Source: Polyangiaceae bacterium
GTDB lineage: Bacteria; Myxococcota_A; Polyangia; Polyangiales; Polyangiaceae
Direction of reading: 5' to 3'
DNA length: 64,000 nucleotides
Assembly: GCA_033763455.1 (NCBI GenBank)
Contig: JANRKO010000033.1
Location: 96,001-160,000 of the forward strand
Shown: piece by piece, positions 26,874-35,946 of the stretch
How the letters are laid out: the number at the start of each line of letters is the position of its first letter
Position numbering within the stretch: position 1 is the first letter of the stretch
Position numbers and translations under genes: made by a program
Notes under the pieces: generated by a model
Databases searched by the model: none
Seen by the model: the letters and a program-made list of their open reading frames with translations, nothing else
Told to the model about the DNA's origin: nothing

Positions 26874-28802
26874 AGCACTTCGAACACGCTGAACGAGATT
26901 CGCGGCGTCGAGACCGTGATGCTGCAATACTTCCTGATTTCGACCACACGCGGGCACGGATTCAATCCCGATGTTGTGCACCCGAACCGCGTCCAAGCCG
27001 AGGGCCGCCACGGTGGCTCCTATTAGCTGCCCCTGACCGCCCAATACATAGTGATTATCAAGCGTAAAGACATGTCGACGAGAACCCACGACGCGGGCGA
27101 GCCAAGCTTCATCGATGCGGTTCAGCCACGGTAGCGATACGACTCCCACCTGAAGCCCATGCTGAGCCTCTAGCGCCAGCGACGCATTCCAAGCTTCCGC
27201 GAGAAGTACTGGTCCGTAGGCAATGATCACGGCGTCCGCCCCTTCGCGAAGTTCGGTGCCTTTGCCCAATTCGAGCGCACTTTCGGGCAACTGGAACGGG
27301 ATTTCACAAGGAATGCTCACGAGGCGTAGCCACACGCTCGACGGTGCTCGCTCAATCGCCCACTCCAACGCACGGGCCACCTCCGCTTCCGTGGACGGCT
27401 CAAGCAAAATGAGCCCCGGGATAGCACCCACAGCAGAGATATCCCGCACAGATTGGTGGGAGTGCCCAGGGCCAGCCGGCAAGAGCCCCGCGAGCGATGC
27501 TGTGTAGATAACTCGCGAGTGTTCGGTGGCGTTGTTGTAAATCTGCTCATTGGCTCGAGTGGAGAGAAAACACGCGAAGGAATGGCAAATCGGTAGAAAG
27601 CCCTCACGTGCGAGGCTTCCAGCCTGGCTCACCATGTCCATCTCGGCGATGCCGCATTCTATGAAGCGTTCAGGGTACGCGTCGCGTGCCGGTAACTGTC
27701 CCGTATCCACCAGCAGATCCGCATCCATCACCACTAAGTTGGGAACCTTGCCCATCTGGGAAAGCAGCGCTCGCGAGTAGGCCCCGATCAAGCTCTCCTT
27801 GGGCCCAGTCGTAGGGACCGCGGCACTCTCTTGTGATTCAAAATGTAAGCGAGAAACCCCTAGAGCGTCGCATTGGCGATGAAGGCTTGCGATGAGCTCC
27901 TCTGCGGCACGTTGGTAATTTTCGGAGTCAGGTGCCCCAGAATGAAAGCGATAAAATGACACATCTGAGTCGAGGCTCGTGTGCTCCATGAACGAGACAC
28001 CGCGGCCCTTGATCGTGTGCGCTATGATTACCTGAGGTCTATCGGTTACGGCACGAGCGGCCGCTAGTATCTCGCCGAGCGACCAGTAATCGTGCCCATC
28101 CACCGAAAAGACGGCCCAACCGAAAGCCTCGAACTTTTTGACAAGATCACCAAGCTCGCTCGTCTTCGCGACGAAGGTGTCGCTTTGAAGCTTATTGTGG
28201 TCGACAATAACAGTAATCTCGGAAAGCTTGTGGTTCGCTGCCGACACCAACGATTCCCAGATCTGCCCCTCCTGAAGCTCGCCATCTCCCGTTAACACGT
28301 AGATCCTCCCTGATCGCTCCTTTTGACGGCGCGCCCAAGCCATGCCCTTGGCCTTGGAAATGCCCATCCCGAGGGATCCAGTATTGGCCACCATCCCCGG
28401 TGTTCCAACGTCTGGATGGCCTGGCAAACCTTTGAGTACCCTCAACTGGTGCAACAAGGCGAAGGGCAACAACCCGAGGCCAAGCCGCACGGCGTACAGA
28501 CCAGGGGCGTCATGACCCTTGGAAGAAAAGTAGACGTTCGCATTTGGCGCCGGGATACCAGTAGGGCTGAGTTCTAACTCATTCAGATGGAGCCAGGTGA
28601 CGATATCAAGGCTTGAGAAAGAACTGCCCAGATGCCCCGAGCCGGCTCGGGCTATCATGTACAGCACGTTCAGGCGGCAAGCATCCGCGAACAACTGCGC
28701 GCGCCGCTCGGGCTCAATCTTGAGGCTCAAAATCTGCTCAAATTGTGCCAACGGAACCCAAACTAGGTTACCGGCAACAACTTCACCCACTAGGTCGCCC
28801 AT
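26862..28802 (-). CDS. Transketolase-like ThDP enzyme with fused N- and C-terminal halves
   Basis: SGHLGSSFS, SKGH, GHPD, GSLGMG, GDGELQEGQIWE, HTIKGRG, ECGIAE, GHSHQ; 12-nt convergent overlap with the desaturase gene. Confidence 0.85.
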   Translation of the reverse strand: MGDLVGEVVAGNLVWVPLAQFEQILSLKIEPERRAQLFADACRLNVLYMIARAGSGHLGSSFSSLDIVTWLHLNELELSPTGIPAPNANVYFSSKGHDAPGLYAVRLGLGLLPFALLHQLRVLKGLPGHPDVGTPGMVANTGSLGMGISKAKGMAWARRQKERSGRIYVLTGDGELQEGQIWESLVSAANHKLSEITVIVDHNKLQSDTFVAKTSELGDLVKKFEAFGWAVFSVDGHDYWSLGEILAAARAVTDRPQVIIAHTIKGRGVSFMEHTSLDSDVSFYRFHSGAPDSENYQRAAEELIASLHRQCDALGVSRLHFESQESAAVPTTGPKESLIGAYSRALLSQMGKVPNLVVMDADLLVDTGQLPARDAYPERFIECGIAEMDMVSQAGSLAREGFLPICHSFACFLSTRANEQIYNNATEHSRVIYTASLAGLLPAGPGHSHQSVRDISAVGAIPGLILLEPSTEAEVARALEWAIERAPSSVWLRLVSIPCEIPFQLPESALELGKGTELREGADAVIIAYGPVLLAEAWNASLALEAQHGLQVGVVSLPWLNRIDEAWLARVVGSRRHVFTLDNHYVLGGQGQLIGATVAALGLDAVRVHNIGIESVPACGRNQEVLQHHGLDAANLVQRVRSALGR

Positions 28803-29045
28803 AGTTCTAACGGTTACTCCACAACAACGTTGTTGATGCGGCGCCAGCGCTGTGGCGATTGGGCAACGCAGTGAGCTGGCGTACTTGGAGCTTGCGCTGA
28901 GGAAGCATCTACGGAGGAGAGTCGCACCTAGCTGGGGTCATTACCGTCACGGTTCGGTCACTTCGACGGAGCGTGAACAAGCCGGAGACCCGGGCGCAGT
29001 CGGGCGATAACGCCGCCTGATGCAAGTCCGCAAGAATTGTACGTT

Positions 29046-29062
29046 TTGGCACGACTACTGCT
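29046..29062 (+). promoter_or_regulatory. Putative sigma54 (-24/-12) promoter
   Basis: ttGGcacgactactGCt: GG-N10-GC with a TGGCACG core, about 75 nt upstream of ATG 29136. Confidence 0.6.
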
Positions 29063-29135
29063 AATCGGCGAGGAGGCTCCGGCTTGGCCCCACCGCCCGA
29101 GCTACTCGTTCGGTGAGCCAAAGGCTCCCGTATCT

Positions 29136-29585
29136 ATGACTTTGCTACTGCTCCTTCCGCTCTTTTTGCAGGCGCTGGCAATGTTCTTCGACGAGTTCGT
29201 ATTTCATCGGGCGCGCGGGTTGCCAAGGTGGGAGCGTCTGGGGCACCCGCTTGATACTTTGACAGTGGCTGTTTGCTATGGATGGCTCGTGTCAACGCCG
29301 CCGACGCGTGCCCACGCCGTTGCGGTGTACGTTGTACTTTGTGCCTTTTCGTGCCTGTTCATTACGAAAGACGAGTTCGTGCACGCGCGCCTATGCAAGC
29401 CCGCCGAGGCGTGGCTTCACGCGGTATTGTTTGTACTTCATCCAGCGGTATTCTTGGCCCTTGGAATTATCTGGATGCGCGGAGGCAACGAGTGGATTCC
29501 AAAGGCCGTGCTTGGTGCAACGTTGGCTATGATGATGTACCAGCTCATTTACTGGAGCCCGCGCTGGCACTGGGGTGACAAGTGA
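29136..29585 (+). CDS. Small polytopic membrane protein with duplicated DEF..H / ExxxH motifs
   Basis: Hydrophobic helices; DEFVFH..ERLGH and DEFVH..EAWLH; ATG 29136 chosen as start. Confidence 0.65.
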   Translation: MTLLLLLPLFLQALAMFFDEFVFHRARGLPRWERLGHPLDTLTVAVCYGWLVSTPPTRAHAVAVYVVLCAFSCLFITKDEFVHARLCKPAEAWLHAVLFVLHPAVFLALGIIWMRGGNEWIPKAVLGATLAMMMYQLIYWSPRWHWGDK

Positions 29586-29624
29586 GAATGTCTTGCTTGG
29601 CGTGAGTGTTTCACGCGCCACCAC

Positions 29625-29654
29625 GCCTCAGTCGCGCTGATTTGCCTCAGTCGC
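29625..29654. repeat. 11-bp direct repeat gcctcagtcgc x2, candidate enhancer-binding-protein site
   Basis: Identical copies at 29625-29635 and 29644-29654, 105-134 nt upstream of the -24 element at 29759. Confidence 0.45.
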
Positions 29655-29757
29655 CCCAATATCCACACCCGTCATCGTTTGCCGAGGGTGCCTACGCCAC
29701 TCTGTTTTCCCTTCCTCCCCCGCTAACAAACCGTTGTGCGCGGCCAGGCCAGCATGA

Positions 29758-29773
29758 GGGCACGTAAGTTGCA
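29758..29773 (+). promoter_or_regulatory. Putative sigma54 (-24/-12) promoter of the type III PKS
   Basis: gGGcacgtaagttGCa matches (T)GGCACG-N4-TTGC(A/T) except for the first base; 50 nt upstream of ATG 29824. Confidence 0.6.
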
Positions 29774-29823
29774 GCAACATTCGCAGAAGCGCGCCCCGCG
29801 CCCCGCGTCGCGACTAGCTCACC

Positions 29824-30993
29824 ATGCTCACCCTAACCAATTTCTCAATGCAGTCACCGCGTTTCCAAATTTCTCAGGAACGAGCGCTCGCTTGGCTCAC
29901 CGACGTGCACGCTCAGTCCGAATCCACGAAGCGAACGCTGTCTTCCGAGCAAAGGGCCGATTTCGCAGCTCGATTCAGTAAACTGGTGAAGCGTTGCGCC
30001 TGCGGCCCAGACAAGATTGGTGCGCGCGGTCACTCGGTCGATCTCGCCTCGAAGGAGTCCGAAGATCACGCGCTTTACGACGTGGGTCGCCACCCGCAGG
30101 GGCTTGGAACGGTAGCGCGATCGCGTCTTTTCGCCGAGGTCGTCGATTCGTACTTCGAGACCGAGTACGCGGAAGAATCGACGGCGCCGAGCGAACTCAT
30201 TCATGTCACTTGTACCGGTTACGTGGCACCCAGCGGCGCGCAGCGGTTAGTCGCTAAAAAAGACTGGGGCAGTGCTACACGTGTAACGCATGCGTACCAT
30301 ATGGGTTGCTATGCCGCTCTCCCAGCTATCCGAATCGCGGCGGGCAGCTTGGGTTTACCGGCTGCGCTAGGTCCGGACAACGTTCTCCGACGCGCAGACA
30401 TCGTGCACACCGAGCTCTGCACGCTCCACCTCGATCCGAGTGATCATTCCATGGAGCAGTGCGTTGTCCAGAGCCTCTTCGGTGACGGGTTTATTCGCTA
30501 CTCGGTGTTCGACGGGAGCCACATCCCTGGGCTCTCTATCCTATCCCTGAGCGAAGACACACTCCCGGATTCGACAGGCTCCATGGGCTGGAGCGTGGGA
30601 GATTTTGGCATGCGCATGACGTTAGCACGCGACGTGCCTGAGAAGATCGCGGCCTCGCTACGTCCATTCGTCACCGCTCTGTTCCGCAAAGCCAACATCA
30701 GCGTTGCCGATAATCTTGGCAGCACTGTGTTCGCTGTGCATCCGGGTGGCCCCAAAATTATTGATCACGTTCGCGACACGCTTGCGCTAAGGAACGAACA
30801 ACTTCAGACGAGTAGGAACGTGCTGTTCGAACACGGCAATATGTCTTCAGCCACCTTGCCGCATGTATGGATGCGGATCGTTGGCGCCCCCGAAATCAGC
30901 GTGGGCACTTTGGTGCTAAGCCTCGCATTTGGGCCAGGCCTTACCGTGTGCGGTGGTCTGTTTCGCAAAACCAGAGGCAGCACCGCGCCTTAA
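29824..30993 (+). CDS. Type III polyketide synthase (chalcone synthase-like)
   Basis: Cys-His-Asn triad in HMGCYA, AVHPGG, GNMSS; also HVTCTG, ELCTLH, SLFGDG, LAFGPGLT. Confidence 0.9.
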   Translation: MLTLTNFSMQSPRFQISQERALAWLTDVHAQSESTKRTLSSEQRADFAARFSKLVKRCACGPDKIGARGHSVDLASKESEDHALYDVGRHPQGLGTVARSRLFAEVVDSYFETEYAEESTAPSELIHVTCTGYVAPSGAQRLVAKKDWGSATRVTHAYHMGCYAALPAIRIAAGSLGLPAALGPDNVLRRADIVHTELCTLHLDPSDHSMEQCVVQSLFGDGFIRYSVFDGSHIPGLSILSLSEDTLPDSTGSMGWSVGDFGMRMTLARDVPEKIAASLRPFVTALFRKANISVADNLGSTVFAVHPGGPKIIDHVRDTLALRNEQLQTSRNVLFEHGNMSSATLPHVWMRIVGAPEISVGTLVLSLAFGPGLTVCGGLFRKTRGSTAP

Positions 30994-31005
30994 GATGCTA
31001 GCAAC

Positions 31006-31779
31006 ATGACCGAAAATCCGACGCACCTAACGCCCGTGAACAACGACATCTACGCTACCCTCGGAGAGCGTTGGTACAGCGCCGAAGATGACCCTGTGGC
31101 GCTCTTGCGGGCGGAATCAAGGCTGCGCAACCCGTGGGTGGCCCAAGAAATCCGGCGCAAGCTTGGCGTCTCTTCCGCGGATATTTTGGACATCGGTTGC
31201 GGTGGCGGGTTCCTTGCTAATTACCTCGGCTCACTGGGTCATCGCGTCACCGGCCTAGACGCTTCGAACGATGCGCTGGCGGTGGCTGCCAGCCATGATT
31301 CCGGACAGACTGTTCACTACCAACAAGGTGACGCCCTACGCCTTCCCTTTGCCGACGCAACTTTTGACGTGGTATGCGCCATGGATTTTCTGGAGCACGT
31401 GGAAAACCCTGAGCAGGCGATCGCAGAGGCCGCGCGCGTACTCAGGCCGTCAGGCTTGTTCTTCTTTCATACATTCAACCGCAACCTGCTGTGCTGGCTC
31501 GTAGTGATCAAAGGGGTTGAGTGGTTTGTACGCAACACTCCCCAACGCATGCACATTTTGCGACTATTTTTGAAACCTGCAGAGGTTATTGCCTGGTGCG
31601 CCGAGCGCGGCCTCCACTCCGTTCAGGTCCGAGGGACACGGCCACAGTTTGGCTGGGCATTCTTTAGGATGTTGTTCACGCGGCGAGTTTCCGCAGAATT
31701 TAGCTTCGCTTTCACGCCTTCAACTCGACTTGGATATAGCGGAGTTGCAACGAAAACCTCAGCGGAGCCGGACGCGTGA
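31006..31779 (+). CDS. UbiG-like SAM-dependent O-methyltransferase
   Basis: ILDIGCGGGFL, VTGLD, MDFLEHV, LRPSGLFFFHTFNRN. Confidence 0.8.
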   Translation: MTENPTHLTPVNNDIYATLGERWYSAEDDPVALLRAESRLRNPWVAQEIRRKLGVSSADILDIGCGGGFLANYLGSLGHRVTGLDASNDALAVAASHDSGQTVHYQQGDALRLPFADATFDVVCAMDFLEHVENPEQAIAEAARVLRPSGLFFFHTFNRNLLCWLVVIKGVEWFVRNTPQRMHILRLFLKPAEVIAWCAERGLHSVQVRGTRPQFGWAFFRMLFTRRVSAEFSFAFTPSTRLGYSGVATKTSAEPDA

Positions 31780-32062
31780 ACATGCAGGCAACGCGCGGGG
31801 TCGAAAGTACCCTTTCGGGAGGCCCGACGTCTGCTGCGCGCCGGGGTATTTGTGGGAGGCTCCCGGGCCCGATCGAGCGGCACCCCACCCAAACTCCTTG
31901 AAACTCGGGCTTATGCTGCCCTGCGCGCCGTCACCCAGGGGGAAGTCGAAATTACGCTTTCCAGCAAAGCTGCATGCTGCCGGGTGACCTAGATGCGCTC
32001 TGCCCTTTTTGCCACCCAAAACTTGCGTGGCGGGAGGCCTGTCGGCACCATGGGCCAAAATC

Positions 32063-33301
32063 ATGCGCAAGCGTCCGCACGTATTAGGCATCGTTCTGGC
32101 TGGAGGAGAAGGCAAGCGTCTGTGGCCGCTTACCCGAGATCGCGCGAAACCTGGGGTGCCGTTCGGCGCCAACTATCGATTGATCGACTTCGCCCTGAGT
32201 AATCTGGCCAATGCAGGGTTCCTCAGGATTGCGGTCCTCACCCAGTACAAGAGCCACAGCCTGGACCGCCACATAGCCCAGATGTGGCGCATGTCGCCCT
32301 TGTTCAATAACTACGTGATGACGGTGCCTGCGCAAATGCGTCACGGCAAACGCTGGTTCGAAGGCTCCGCTGACGCAATCTATCAGAACCTGAATCTCAT
32401 TCACGACGAATCCCCCGATTACATCTGCGTGTTCTCCGCGGACCACATTTACCGCATGGATGCTTCGCAGCTTGTAGATGCACACGTTCAATCAGGAGCT
32501 GGAGTCACAGTCGCAGGCATCCGCGTGCCGCGCGAAGAAGCCTTTCGCTTCGGCGTGATCGAGCCAGGTGCCAACAGCCGCATTGCTCGCTTTCGCGAGA
32601 AACCCCAAGAGGCGGCCGGGCTTGCGGACAACCCGAACCAAGTGTTCGCCTCGATGGGCAATTACGTGTTTTCCACTAAGGTTTTGTTAGAAGCGCTTGA
32701 AGCCGACGCCAAGGACGAAAGCAGCAGCCACGACATGGGTGGCAACATCATCACCAAGCTCGTGGAGCAGAACAACGCAGCTGTTTACGACTTCGCTGAG
32801 AATCGCGTACCCGGGGCCACCGAACGCGATCGCGGCTACTGGCGCGACGTAGGAACGCTCGATAGCTATTACGACGCCCACATGGATCTCATCAGCGTTC
32901 ACCCGGTATTCAACCTGTACAACGCCGATTGGCCAATCCATTCATCGTTGAACGCTGTACCTCCCGCAAAATTCGTATTTGACGACGAGGGCCGTCGGGG
33001 CACAGCCATCGACTCGCTAGTGAGCGCGGGAGTGATCGTTTCGGGTGGTACGGTGAAACGAAGTGTGCTCTCTTCTGGCGTCTACGTGCACTCCCATTCG
33101 AGCGTTGAAGGGTGCGTGTTGTTGAACGGTGTGGATGTGGGGCGGGGCGCCGTGCTTCGAAACGCCATCATCGACAAGAACGTGAAGATCCCGCCCGGCA
33201 CCAAGATTGGTGTTGATATTGAAGCGGATAGGAAGCGCGGCTTCACAATCTCCGACAACGGTGTAGTCGTGGTAGGTAAAGGCGAAATCTTAGAGCCGTA
33301 A
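32063..33301 (+). CDS. glgC: Glucose-1-phosphate adenylyltransferase
   Basis: [52 protein letters not shown] 32063. Confidence 0.97.
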   Translation: MRKRPHVLGIVLAGGEGKRLWPLTRDRAKPGVPFGANYRLIDFALSNLANAGFLRIAVLTQYKSHSLDRHIAQMWRMSPLFNNYVMTVPAQMRHGKRWFEGSADAIYQNLNLIHDESPDYICVFSADHIYRMDASQLVDAHVQSGAGVTVAGIRVPREEAFRFGVIEPGANSRIARFREKPQEAAGLADNPNQVFASMGNYVFSTKVLLEALEADAKDESSSHDMGGNIITKLVEQNNAAVYDFAENRVPGATERDRGYWRDVGTLDSYYDAHMDLISVHPVFNLYNADWPIHSSLNAVPPAKFVFDDEGRRGTAIDSLVSAGVIVSGGTVKRSVLSSGVYVHSHSSVEGCVLLNGVDVGRGAVLRNAIIDKNVKIPPGTKIGVDIEADRKRGFTISDNGVVVVGKGEILEP

Positions 33302-33318
33302 GCGGCAAGGCGGATGTT

Positions 33319-35148
33319 ATGTGCGGAATTGTTGGCTATGTTGGCTCCCAGGAATGTGCCGCGATTCTGCTTGATGGCTTGAGAAAGCTTGAATACCGCG
33401 GTTACGATTCGGCTGGCCTCGCTATCCACGACGGCAAGAAGGTCAACATCGTCCGTGCCGTTGGTAAGCTTCAGAATCTAGACCGCGCCCTCGCGAACCA
33501 ACCGCTCGCGGGCCACACCGGCATCGGCCACACGCGCTGGGCCACGCACGGAAAGCCTAGCGAACCCAACGCGCACCCACACCAAGCCGGTAATGTTGCC
33601 GTGGTTCATAACGGCATTATCGAGAACCACCTGGAACTCAAACGCCAACTGGAGGCGGACGGTGTGCGATTCCAGAGCGACACCGACACTGAAATTGTCG
33701 CACACCTGATTGATCGTGCACTCAGCCATACTTCAGATCTGATGGCGGCGGTCCGCAGTGCGCTTGGCCAAGTCCGGGGCGCCTACGCGCTCGGGGTAGT
33801 GTCCAACCTCCAGCCGGATCGGCTGATTGTCGCCAAAAATGCCTCACCCCTAGTGATAGGGATCGGGCAGGGCGAAATGCTCTGTGGGAGTGACATCCCA
33901 GCGCTCTTGAATCACACGCGGCGCATGTTGTTCCTGGAGGATGGCGACATCGCGGAACTTCTAGCCGACGGTGTGCGCATCGAAACCCTCTCAGGCGAAC
34001 GCGTGGAGCGCGTCGCGCGCACGGTGGATTGGAGCCCCGTGCAAGCCGAAAAGGGAGGCTTTAAGCATTTCATGCTCAAGGAGATCTTTGAGCAGCCGCG
34101 CTCCGTTGAAGACACGCTCCGTGGTCGCATCGATCTTGAAAATGGAGACCTTGTAGCGGAGGAATTGGGTCTCAGCGAAGCGGTGGCAACGAGTATCGAG
34201 CGAGTGTACTTCCTCGCTTGCGGCACCAGTTTCCACGCTGCACTCGTAGGGCGCTATTGGATAGAGCAATTGGCGCGTGTGCCAGCTACGGCCGAATTAG
34301 CGAGCGAAGTGCGCTACCGCGATCCTATTTTTGGCCCGAAAGATCTGGTGGTGGCCGTGAGCCAATCGGGGGAAACTGCGGACACCTTAGCAGCACTTCA
34401 AGCCGCCAAACAGGCCGGCGCGCAGATATTGGCACTCGTAAATGTGGTCGACAGCGCCATCGCCCGCGCCGCTCATGGCGCGCTCTACACACATGCTGGG
34501 CCTGAAATCGGCGTTGCTTCTACTAAGTGTTTCACGACCCAGTTGGCCGCGCTCTTGATGCTCGCCGTGTTCCTCGGGCGGCGTCGCCGAAGTTTAAGCC
34601 AAGATGCAGCGCGCAGCGTGCTTCAGGATCTCATTCAGGTGCCGAATGAAATGCGCAAAGCCCTTGAAAATAAGGACCAGGCGATGGCCGTGGCGCGAGC
34701 TTGGCAGCACACCGAGCACATGTTGTTCCTCGGTCGTGGCCTCGGATTTCCGATCGCCTTAGAAGGTGCACTCAAGCTCAAAGAGATCAGCTATGCCCAC
34801 GCGGAGGGCTATGCGGCGGGAGAGATGAAGCACGGCCCTATCGCGCTCATCGATTCGAACATGCCTGTGGTGGTGGTGATGCCTCAAGATCGCCACTACG
34901 AGAAAACGCTCTCAAGCCTGCAGGAAGTGAAGGCTCGCGATGCACAGGTCATCGCCGTGGTCACCGAAGGCGATGAGAACGCGTCCAAGCTGGCCGAGCA
35001 CACGCTCGAAATCCCGGCGGCCTCGGAGACAGTCTTGCCACTGCTAACGGTGCTACCTTTGCAGCTCGTAGCGTATTATTTCGCTGACCTTAAAGGTACT
35101 GACGTCGATCAGCCAAGGAATCTCGCTAAGACCGTCACAGTAGAGTGA
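33319..35148 (+). CDS. glmS: Glutamine-fructose-6-phosphate transaminase (isomerizing)
   Basis: MCGIVG, EYRGYDSAG, GHTRWATHG, SQSGETAD, DQPRNLAKTVTVE. Confidence 0.99.
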   Translation: MCGIVGYVGSQECAAILLDGLRKLEYRGYDSAGLAIHDGKKVNIVRAVGKLQNLDRALANQPLAGHTGIGHTRWATHGKPSEPNAHPHQAGNVAVVHNGIIENHLELKRQLEADGVRFQSDTDTEIVAHLIDRALSHTSDLMAAVRSALGQVRGAYALGVVSNLQPDRLIVAKNASPLVIGIGQGEMLCGSDIPALLNHTRRMLFLEDGDIAELLADGVRIETLSGERVERVARTVDWSPVQAEKGGFKHFMLKEIFEQPRSVEDTLRGRIDLENGDLVAEELGLSEAVATSIERVYFLACGTSFHAALVGRYWIEQLARVPATAELASEVRYRDPIFGPKDLVVAVSQSGETADTLAALQAAKQAGAQILALVNVVDSAIARAAHGALYTHAGPEIGVASTKCFTTQLAALLMLAVFLGRRRRSLSQDAARSVLQDLIQVPNEMRKALENKDQAMAVARAWQHTEHMLFLGRGLGFPIALEGALKLKEISYAHAEGYAAGEMKHGPIALIDSNMPVVVVMPQDRHYEKTLSSLQEVKARDAQVIAVVTEGDENASKLAEHTLEIPAASETVLPLLTVLPLQLVAYYFADLKGTDVDQPRNLAKTVTVE

Positions 35149-35190
35149 GAAGCATTGACGAACCGAGGCAGCTCACGTTTTGTGGCGGGC

Positions 35191-35946
35191 ATGACGATAC
35201 GGCCTTTGGGTTTTGTGATTTTAGTGCTCAGTGCGAACGCTTGCGGCGGCTCCCCCGCCCCACAGGCGCACGCTCCTGAAGCGGCCTCGGATCCCGGCAA
35301 AGCTCCCGCGCAAAGTCCCGAGTCCACCGCATCTGAAGCTCCCGAAGCCGAAACGACCGCGGAAATCCCCATCACGTGTGCCAAAGGCAGCGACCCCTGC
35401 ACGCCGCCGGGCGCCTTCGTGAACAAGCTCTGCTCTGGAAGTTATCCTGGAGTTGCGCTATACCTCTTTGCAAAGGATACTCCCTTCGTGCGCAGCTACC
35501 TGACTCGTAGAACGGAAGCTTGGAATGCCTCCGGCGGAGTCTCGGAAACGGGCTTTGTGGAGTTTGACGAAGAGGTACTGATCTTGCGCTCGCGCAAGGC
35601 AGACCTCGGCGGCATGCAGGTGAGCGGTGCTGGTGGCGGCTACGATGCATTGCGCTGGAGCGGCACTTGCGTAACGCTCGATGCGAATGAACTGACGCGC
35701 AACAAGCCGCCAGCGGCCAAGAATGCAAAGGTGGAATTTCGCTTCCTCGACGACGCCATCAAAGATGCACTCCGCGAAAATGAGACCGTAAACGCTGCGT
35801 ACCTAGCGAGGAAGAAAGAATGCAAAGGCGCCACCAGTGGCGATGTGAGCCTCGCTTGTGTAAAGGCGGATGAAGCCTTGAGCCGCGCGATTGTTAGCTA
35901 TGTACGGGACGGCGGTACCGTCCCGATGCCCACCAATCGCCCCTAG
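35191..35946 (+). CDS. Hypothetical Cys-containing lipoprotein
   Basis: Lipobox-like LSANAC; Pro/Ala/Glu linker followed by a globular domain; ATG 35191. Confidence 0.6.
   Translation: MTIRPLGFVILVLSANACGGSPAPQAHAPEAASDPGKAPAQSPESTASEAPEAETTAEIPITCAKGSDPCTPPGAFVNKLCSGSYPGVALYLFAKDTPFVRSYLTRRTEAWNASGGVSETGFVEFDEEVLILRSRKADLGGMQVSGAGGGYDALRWSGTCVTLDANELTRNKPPAAKNAKVEFRFLDDAIKDALRENETVNAAYLARKKECKGATSGDVSLACVKADEALSRAIVSYVRDGGTVPMPTNRP

Noticed and set aside
31006..31779. Calling this gene ubiG of ubiquinone synthesis
   Set aside because: No other ubi genes are present and it is coupled to a type III PKS; only the family is supported
31780..32062. Possible riboswitch upstream of glgC (cgaaag/ctttcg hairpin)
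   Set aside because: No recognisable riboswitch consensus; short hairpins are expected in GC-rich DNA
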